From an uncultured Acidobacteriota bacterium (lineage in GTDB: Bacteria; Acidobacteriota; UBA6911), in assembly GCA_963839475.1 (NCBI GenBank), contig CAWIVH010000018.1, forward strand, positions 9,012 through 73,011: 64,000 nucleotides of DNA. Direction: 5' to 3'. The position numbers and the translations under genes were made by a program. Below, piece by piece: positions 59,098 to 64,000 of the stretch; position 1 is the first letter of the stretch, and each line of letters opens with the position of its first letter. The notes beneath the pieces were generated by a model that was not told the DNA's origin, searched no databases, and saw only the letters and a program-made list of their open reading frames with translations.

Positions 59098-60879
59098 GTG
59101 GACTGGAAACTCAGCCATCCGCTGGACAGTAACGCGCAAGCGAGGGACCATTCCAAATCTGAGGCGCAATTCTCGGAGCACTCGATGACCGCTGGATCTG
59201 AGGCGAAGAGGCCGGGCCGGTTATTCCGCGTGGCGCGGATGCTTGCTCTTGTCATCCTGCTCTGCGCCGCGCTTATTTACTTTTTCTACATTCTCCCGTT
59301 TTGGGGCGTCCCGTTTAACCGTTCCCGCCATGGCCGGGTGCCGCTGACCCCACCCTGGGCGCTGGAATGCTGGCTTTGGGAAGACGATGTCAACACTGCC
59401 GCCCGCGTGAACGAATTGCTGGAGGGTTACGCCAGATACGATTTACCGGTGCGTACCATTCTGATCGACAACCCCTGGAGCTGGCGCTACAACGATTTCA
59501 AGGTGGATGAGAATCGCTATCCTGATCCTGCGGACTATTTCCGGCAACTCAAGAGCCAGGGATACAGGATCGTGTTGTGGATGACCTGCATGGTCAACAG
59601 CCAGAATAAAGATACGCTCATCAAGGAAGCATCAGATTTCTACGAGGAGGCTCGATCCAAAGGATATTTGGCGGGCGACGGCTTCCAGTTCCGCTGGTGG
59701 AAGGGCAAGGGGGGCTTCATCGATTACAGCAATCCCAATGCGATGAAGTGGTGGCAGGAACTTCAGCAGCAGGTTCTGGATTGGGGTGTGGACGGATGGA
59801 AGTTGGATGGGACCGATACGTTCTTCTCAGGGAGCATCCTGAAGATCCCAGTTCCGTTCAATCGCACTTATTCGGGATGGATGACCACGCGGCAATACAT
59901 GGATCACTACGCCCGTGACGAGTACCGGCACGGCTTGAGCCACAATCCGGAGTTTGCCATCCTGGTCCGCGCCATGGACCAGCGATGGAGCCACCCGGAA
60001 GGCTTCTCGCCCATCGATTCCGCTACGGTGACCTGGGTGGGCGACAACAACCACACCTGGGGGTTTGAGGACCGGGGCATTCAGGGAGCCATCTCGGACA
60101 TTCTCGCGAGCGCAAAGTTGGGTTATTGCGTCATCGGCAGCGATGTGGCCGGCTACCATGGCAAAAGTAATCCCGAGGATGTCGGGCCAGCCACGGCGGC
60201 TTTGCTGGGGTCCTGGTCCAAGCCTGCGAGCGGCCAGGCCATGGCGCCTGGCCAGTTCGGTACTGCCTCTGACAATGACATTGCGCCCAACGTTTATATT
60301 CGCTGGGCTGAGTTCTCGGCCTTCTGCGGCCTTTTCCTGAACGGAGGACACGGCGAACGGCGTTTGTGGAAACGCTCCCTGCCGGAGCTGGAAATCATCC
60401 GCAAGTTCTCGTGGCTGCATACCGAGCTGGTGCCCTACATGTATTCGTATGTGGTTGAGTGTCACAATGGCGCACCGCCGCTGATTCGGCCGCAGGGAAA
60501 GGGCAAGTTCCATTATCTATTCGGTAATGAACTGCTGGTCGCGCCGATTTATGCCGACAGGCTCAACTGGACTGTATCGCTGCCACCGGGCCGTTGGCGT
60601 TATCTATTCCACGACGATAGGGTCCTCCCGGGACCGGCGGAGATACCCCGGGAGTTTCCACTTGATGAATACCCGGTCTTCGTCCGCGAGGGCGCAGTCA
60701 TACCGATGAAAGTCAGCCGGCCTTACGCAGGATTCGGAGATGGCGGTTCAGCCGGTTTCACGACATGGCTGGTTTATCCGGACGAACCAAAGCAAATTCA
60801 CGCTGTGGCATCCCGAATCACATCCGAAGCCAGAGGCAACCACTCTCAAGGTGGATTCCGGCCCGACGCTCAGGCTTGA
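59098..60879 (+). CDS. GH31-like TIM-barrel glycoside hydrolase with N-terminal membrane anchor. Start uncertain; possibly the ATG at 59185.
   Basis: GH31-like catalytic regions GVDGWKLDG (nucleophile region, divergent from WIDMNE) and VTWVGDNNHTWGFE (acid/base region, cf. HWTGDxxSxWE). TM helix LALVILLCAALIYFFYILPFW. Confidence 0.6.
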   Translation: MDWKLSHPLDSNAQARDHSKSEAQFSEHSMTAGSEAKRPGRLFRVARMLALVILLCAALIYFFYILPFWGVPFNRSRHGRVPLTPPWALECWLWEDDVNTAARVNELLEGYARYDLPVRTILIDNPWSWRYNDFKVDENRYPDPADYFRQLKSQGYRIVLWMTCMVNSQNKDTLIKEASDFYEEARSKGYLAGDGFQFRWWKGKGGFIDYSNPNAMKWWQELQQQVLDWGVDGWKLDGTDTFFSGSILKIPVPFNRTYSGWMTTRQYMDHYARDEYRHGLSHNPEFAILVRAMDQRWSHPEGFSPIDSATVTWVGDNNHTWGFEDRGIQGAISDILASAKLGYCVIGSDVAGYHGKSNPEDVGPATAALLGSWSKPASGQAMAPGQFGTASDNDIAPNVYIRWAEFSAFCGLFLNGGHGERRLWKRSLPELEIIRKFSWLHTELVPYMYSYVVECHNGAPPLIRPQGKGKFHYLFGNELLVAPIYADRLNWTVSLPPGRWRYLFHDDRVLPGPAEIPREFPLDEYPVFVREGAVIPMKVSRPYAGFGDGGSAGFTTWLVYPDEPKQIHAVASRITSEARGNHSQGGFRPDAQA

Positions 60880-61186
60880 GTTCTCCGGCCGGCATGAGCC
60901 GCACATCCTCCGCATTTTTGCGCAGAACAAGCCGGCGCACGTGCTCCTGGACGGAGGGAAACTCACGGAAGGTGCCGCATGGCGGTACGACTCCACTCAA
61001 CACCGACTCATCATCAAGACCCGCGACTACGACCGGGGCAGCTATGAAATCATCACCCAACCGGAAGGCTTGCCCTCCAGGTAAAGCGGCAGTGCTCTTG
61101 GCAGGATTATAAGTAACTACCATCTTCATATTAGAGGGTCACTTTTATGATATCATGGTGACTATTGAGTGAAAACCGGAGGGAAA

Positions 61187-61447
61187 ATGATATCCGTAGG
61201 CATAAAGGAGCTGAAGGCAAAGCTGAGCGGGCATCTGGATCAGGTGCGCCGCGGCATGGAGATCGTCATAACGGACCGCGGCCAGGAAATTGCTAAAATC
61301 ATCCCTCTATCCCGCGAGCGGAGTGCTGTCAGGGGGATGACGGCCTCCGGCACAGCGACCTGGGCGGGCGGCAAACCCGTAGGACTGAAGGGAGTGAGAG
61401 TGAAAGGCGGGCCATTGTCCAAAACCGTTCTTGAGAATCGCAGATGA
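61187..61447 (+). CDS. Type II antitoxin (Phd/YefM / VapB-like)
   Basis: Small ORF ending 4 nt inside the start of a PIN toxin. ..KELKAKLSGHLDQVRRGMEIVITDRGQEIAKIIPL is antitoxin-like. Confidence 0.65.
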   Translation: MISVGIKELKAKLSGHLDQVRRGMEIVITDRGQEIAKIIPLSRERSAVRGMTASGTATWAGGKPVGLKGVRVKGGPLSKTVLENRR

Positions 61448-61872
61448 TTCTATATCTCGACACCAGCAGCCTGGCGAAGCTCTATGTCACGGAAGCCTCC
61501 TCCGACCTCGTGCGAAGCTGGGCAGACGAAGCTGAGATACTCGCGACCTGTCGCATAGCCTTTCCGGAGATGATCTCGGCGCTCAACAGACGCTTCAGAG
61601 CCGGTCATTTGACGAAATCCGAATACGGACTGATCTCCAGGACCTTCGCCGAAGAGTGGCGACAGTTTGCGGTGATTGATTTCGACGAGATCCTGGCGGG
61701 CCGTCTGGCTGCAAGCCACGGTTTGCGCGGCTTTGATGCCGTGCATCTTTCTGCCGCCCTGCGGCTGTTCTCCGGTGGAAATAGTCCTGCCGTATTGTTT
61801 TCATCCTTTGATGACAAGCTGAATCAGGCCGCCGCAGCGGAGAAAATGGAGGTTCTGCTGCCGAGGCGATAG
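61444..61872 (+). CDS. vapC: PIN-domain toxin (VapC-like)
   Basis: N-terminal ILYLDTSSLAKLY (first catalytic Asp). ..FDAVHLSAAL.., ..FDDKL.. acidic residues. ATGA overlap with the antitoxin. Confidence 0.75.
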   Translation: MILYLDTSSLAKLYVTEASSDLVRSWADEAEILATCRIAFPEMISALNRRFRAGHLTKSEYGLISRTFAEEWRQFAVIDFDEILAGRLAASHGLRGFDAVHLSAALRLFSGGNSPAVLFSSFDDKLNQAAAAEKMEVLLPRR

Positions 61873-62071
61873 CGGGCGGGCACTTTCCATAATCCGGGGA
61901 CATAAGGTCTCCGTCTATGCCCTAATCCCACAGCCATGCTTTTCCTCTCCGAGAGTCCAGTTGGAAATCAGGGTGCAGAGTCTTAATCCTGGAAGTCGTC
62001 GCATCGTTTCCGCGGGCCAAATCCGGAAAACCAGGGACACTTCCCTATTTTGCAGTTCCAGGAGCGATGCA

Positions 62072-63400
62072 TCAGGCTCCGCGATTCATCCCTAATAGGG
62101 GGGAGTCCCCAGTTTTCCTGGAAGGGAACCAGCTCTGGACTTCGTACCCGGCCAGCAGGTGGAGTAGCCAGGCCAGGGGCGCCGGGTAGTGCGCCACGTA
62201 GCTGACGAGGTAATAGACGAGAGGGAATGTCGCGAGAGGGATGAGCAGCGCCGCCCGGCCGGGAGCGTCGAGCGTCGGCAGGATGCGTCGCAGACCGAGG
62301 ACCGCAAGCACCGTCACCGCCGTGAAGAGCGCGGCCAGCCAGGGGTAGCGCAGTTGGCCGCACCAGAAATGAAGAAAGCGCATCAGGGTAAGGCGCAAGA
62401 ATTCGGCAGGATGATTTCTGATCCACGAGAGGGCCTCGTTCCTGGCCCGCCGGTTGTACTCCCCTTCTCCCAGGTCTCGCACCTGGCGGGCCTCTTCCAG
62501 GTTCTCGCTGGGGTGGCGTAAGGTGCCGTCGCGGGCAAAGCTAACCTCGATGTCTGCATCGGCTCCCGGGTGATTGGCGATGCGGAGCTCCAGGCCGAAA
62601 TTGCTGCGGATGAAAAAGAACCCATGGAGGGCCGCGTAATTGCGCCAAGTCCAGGGAACGCATGCCAAAATGGCGCCCGCAGCGATGCATGTGGCGAGGA
62701 GCCACTTGCGCTGGCCGCGCCTCCACCGGAGTTCGAAGATCAGGTTGCCCAACACGACGAGGAGCAAGGGGGGCAATATGTGAAACGCCGCGCCGCACGC
62801 CATTCCGAGCAGCAACGAGCCCGCGCCGGAAAGGCGATCCGCGGTCCATCGGCTGAGAAAGGCGATCATCAGCATTCCAAACACCAGGGACGCATGGGCC
62901 GTGGCCCCGAGGCCGATGGCTTCGCCCAGACCTTCCAGCGGAATGAGTGCGCAGGCTATCCCCGCGAAAATCCCCGCCCGCCTGCCCAGACCCAATTTGC
63001 TGGCGAACCACGGAAGGAGGGCGTAGAGCGCGGAATGGCTGCTGATTCCCACCAGCGCGCGCACATACCCGGCGGTCGGGGTCATTCCGAAAGCGTGGTA
63101 GATGAGAGCAAGAAGAACCGGTGAAAGAGGAGTGGGGTGTGCGGTAGGCCCCGTCGGGATCATGTAAGGATCGGCGAACTGCCCGGCGCGCAGGAGCGAC
63201 AACGCAACTCTGCCTATCTCGCCGCCAAGACGATAGAAGTCTTGGTGATTGCTCACCCAGACGGCAAGCAGGATGCCTCGCACCGCGAAAGAGATCAGGA
63301 AGATAAGGACGGACGCCGCGGCATGAGAACGGAAGATCCCACCCGCCGCTTCAGGCATCGCCTGCGATGCGCGGTTTTCGGGACTCGCAATGCCCATCAA
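62072..63400 (-). CDS. Polytopic membrane protein, GT-C-like glycosyltransferase (ArnT/PMT-like or DUF2029-like). Tentative.
   Basis: About 10-12 hydrophobic helices in the N-terminal ~280 aa, followed by a soluble domain, then a final TM segment. No diagnostic motif recognised. Confidence 0.45.
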   Translation of the reverse strand: MMGIASPENRASQAMPEAAGGIFRSHAAASVLIFLISFAVRGILLAVWVSNHQDFYRLGGEIGRVALSLLRAGQFADPYMIPTGPTAHPTPLSPVLLALIYHAFGMTPTAGYVRALVGISSHSALYALLPWFASKLGLGRRAGIFAGIACALIPLEGLGEAIGLGATAHASLVFGMLMIAFLSRWTADRLSGAGSLLLGMACGAAFHILPPLLLVVLGNLIFELRWRRGQRKWLLATCIAAGAILACVPWTWRNYAALHGFFFIRSNFGLELRIANHPGADADIEVSFARDGTLRHPSENLEEARQVRDLGEGEYNRRARNEALSWIRNHPAEFLRLTLMRFLHFWCGQLRYPWLAALFTAVTVLAVLGLRRILPTLDAPGRAALLIPLATFPLVYYLVSYVAHYPAPLAWLLHLLAGYEVQSWFPSRKTGDSPLLGMNRGA

Positions 63401-63415
63401 CGACCTCCGTGAGGA

Positions 63416-63751
63416 TCAGCCACTCCAAGTATACCGCTGATCGACGCGATTGAACGTTTTCCCGTCCTGTAATAAAGGAAGGGAGATCTTTCCCGGAATG
63501 TCCAGGACCAGCGATCCTTCCCTGTAGATCACATGCACTTTGGCACGGCTGCTGTGTCTGTATTCTCCCAGGTACTTGTCATATTTCGCGGGGACAGACG
63601 GTTTCGATTCCGAAGGGCCGCGGGAGCCGATCCGATAATCGAGGATTTCCATCGCGAAATGGTGCTCCCTGGCAGGCCGTTCATCGGTTGCCGCCGGCCA
63701 TGCCGGCGTCAGCAATGGCGATGCCATGAGTATCAATTTTCTTGCTTTCAT
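63416..63751 (-). CDS. Small secreted hypothetical protein
   Basis: MKARKLILMASPLLTPAWPAATD signal-like N-terminus. 111 aa. Confidence 0.4.
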   Translation of the reverse strand: MKARKLILMASPLLTPAWPAATDERPAREHHFAMEILDYRIGSRGPSESKPSVPAKYDKYLGEYRHSSRAKVHVIYREGSLVLDIPGKISLPLLQDGKTFNRVDQRYTWSG

Positions 63752-63821
63752 TGGAAGCCTCCCTCCGGCATCACGCCGGAAAATGCCCATTCAGCCTCCG
63801 GACACACCTGATCTAGAGAGA

Positions 63822-64000
63822 CGCCTCACTCCTCTGCTTCACGCGGACAGCCACCTGCATAAGCCCGTAATAGGCTGCGAGCGCAATAAGGAAGAGACAG
63901 AGTTGCAGATACCACGGGCCCTCGGCCAGCCAGCGGGCGGCGGCAATTCCCGGGGCGCCGACCCAGTTCCTACGATCAACGTTAAGGATGAAGGCTGCGA
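63822..64000 (-). CDS. 3' end of a membrane protein gene, partial at the window edge
   Basis: The reverse-strand frame reads ..AAFILNVDRRNWVGAPGIAAARWLAEGPWYLQLCLFLIALAAYYGLMQVAVRVKQRSEASL* and is open to the window edge. Confidence 0.3.

Noticed and set aside
1-64000. rRNA or tRNA genes
   Set aside because: I saw no rRNA-like conserved stretches or obvious cloverleaf candidates while reading. tRNAscan or Infernal would be needed to exclude tRNAs formally.

Overview
This is a GC-rich window (about 60% GC) that looks like a soil-bacterium accessory region, in the Acidobacteriota or Solibacter style. I cannot assign the organism from sequence alone. I recognised no rRNA, tRNA or CRISPR array by eye.

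Content in order:
- A 5'-partial giant surface protein with 9 tandem 255-bp Ig-like repeats (1-3898), broken by a frameshift near nt 763.
- Small membrane, secreted and NTF2-like proteins and two SAM methyltransferases.
- A GH10 xylanase.
- An IS200/RAYT-like HUH transposase (11705-12856) bracketed by inverted GGACACCC/GGGTGTCC repeat clusters, with a third cluster at 5041-5193.
- A carbohydrate-active block: CE12 rhamnogalacturonan acetylesterase, an FG-GAP propeller, a clan GH-A hydrolase, a PL22 oligogalacturonide lyase, a GH31-like hydrolase, and three TAT-signal Gfo/Idh/MocA oxidoreductases (one frameshifted).
- A TetR regulator followed by a beta-lactamase-family serine hydrolase and an S41 peptidase.
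- A PAS/GAF histidine kinase, an outer-membrane beta-barrel, an acyl-CoA/ACP synthetase, a Maf/DUF115 (MptE-like) protein and a rhodanese.
- An ECF sigma / anti-sigma / LTXXQ operon.
- A Cys-type sulfatase, a VapBC pair and a GT-C-like membrane protein.

The most striking feature is a recurring, seemingly uncharacterised ~105-aa module. Its core is [FY]xP[HQ][IV]A[DN]G..[WY]xTx[IFL]xLxN, and it often ends ..ALTLR....[FL]T[ST]xPV. It occurs in roughly 20 copies across five large secreted proteins between 24 and 59 kb. Each protein pairs the module with a different domain set:
- IPT/TIG domain (24038-27019)
- lamin-tail domain plus PLD-family HKD nuclease (36269-38317)
- an unknown helical domain (45390-48116)
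- a cysteine-less FGE-fold domain plus arylsulfotransferase propeller (49992-53711)
- a calcineurin-like phosphoesterase (55844-58696)
A sixth, relic copy sits upstream of the phosphoesterase gene.

Several genes carry single-base frameshifts. The contig may have residual indel errors, so pseudogene calls are tentative.
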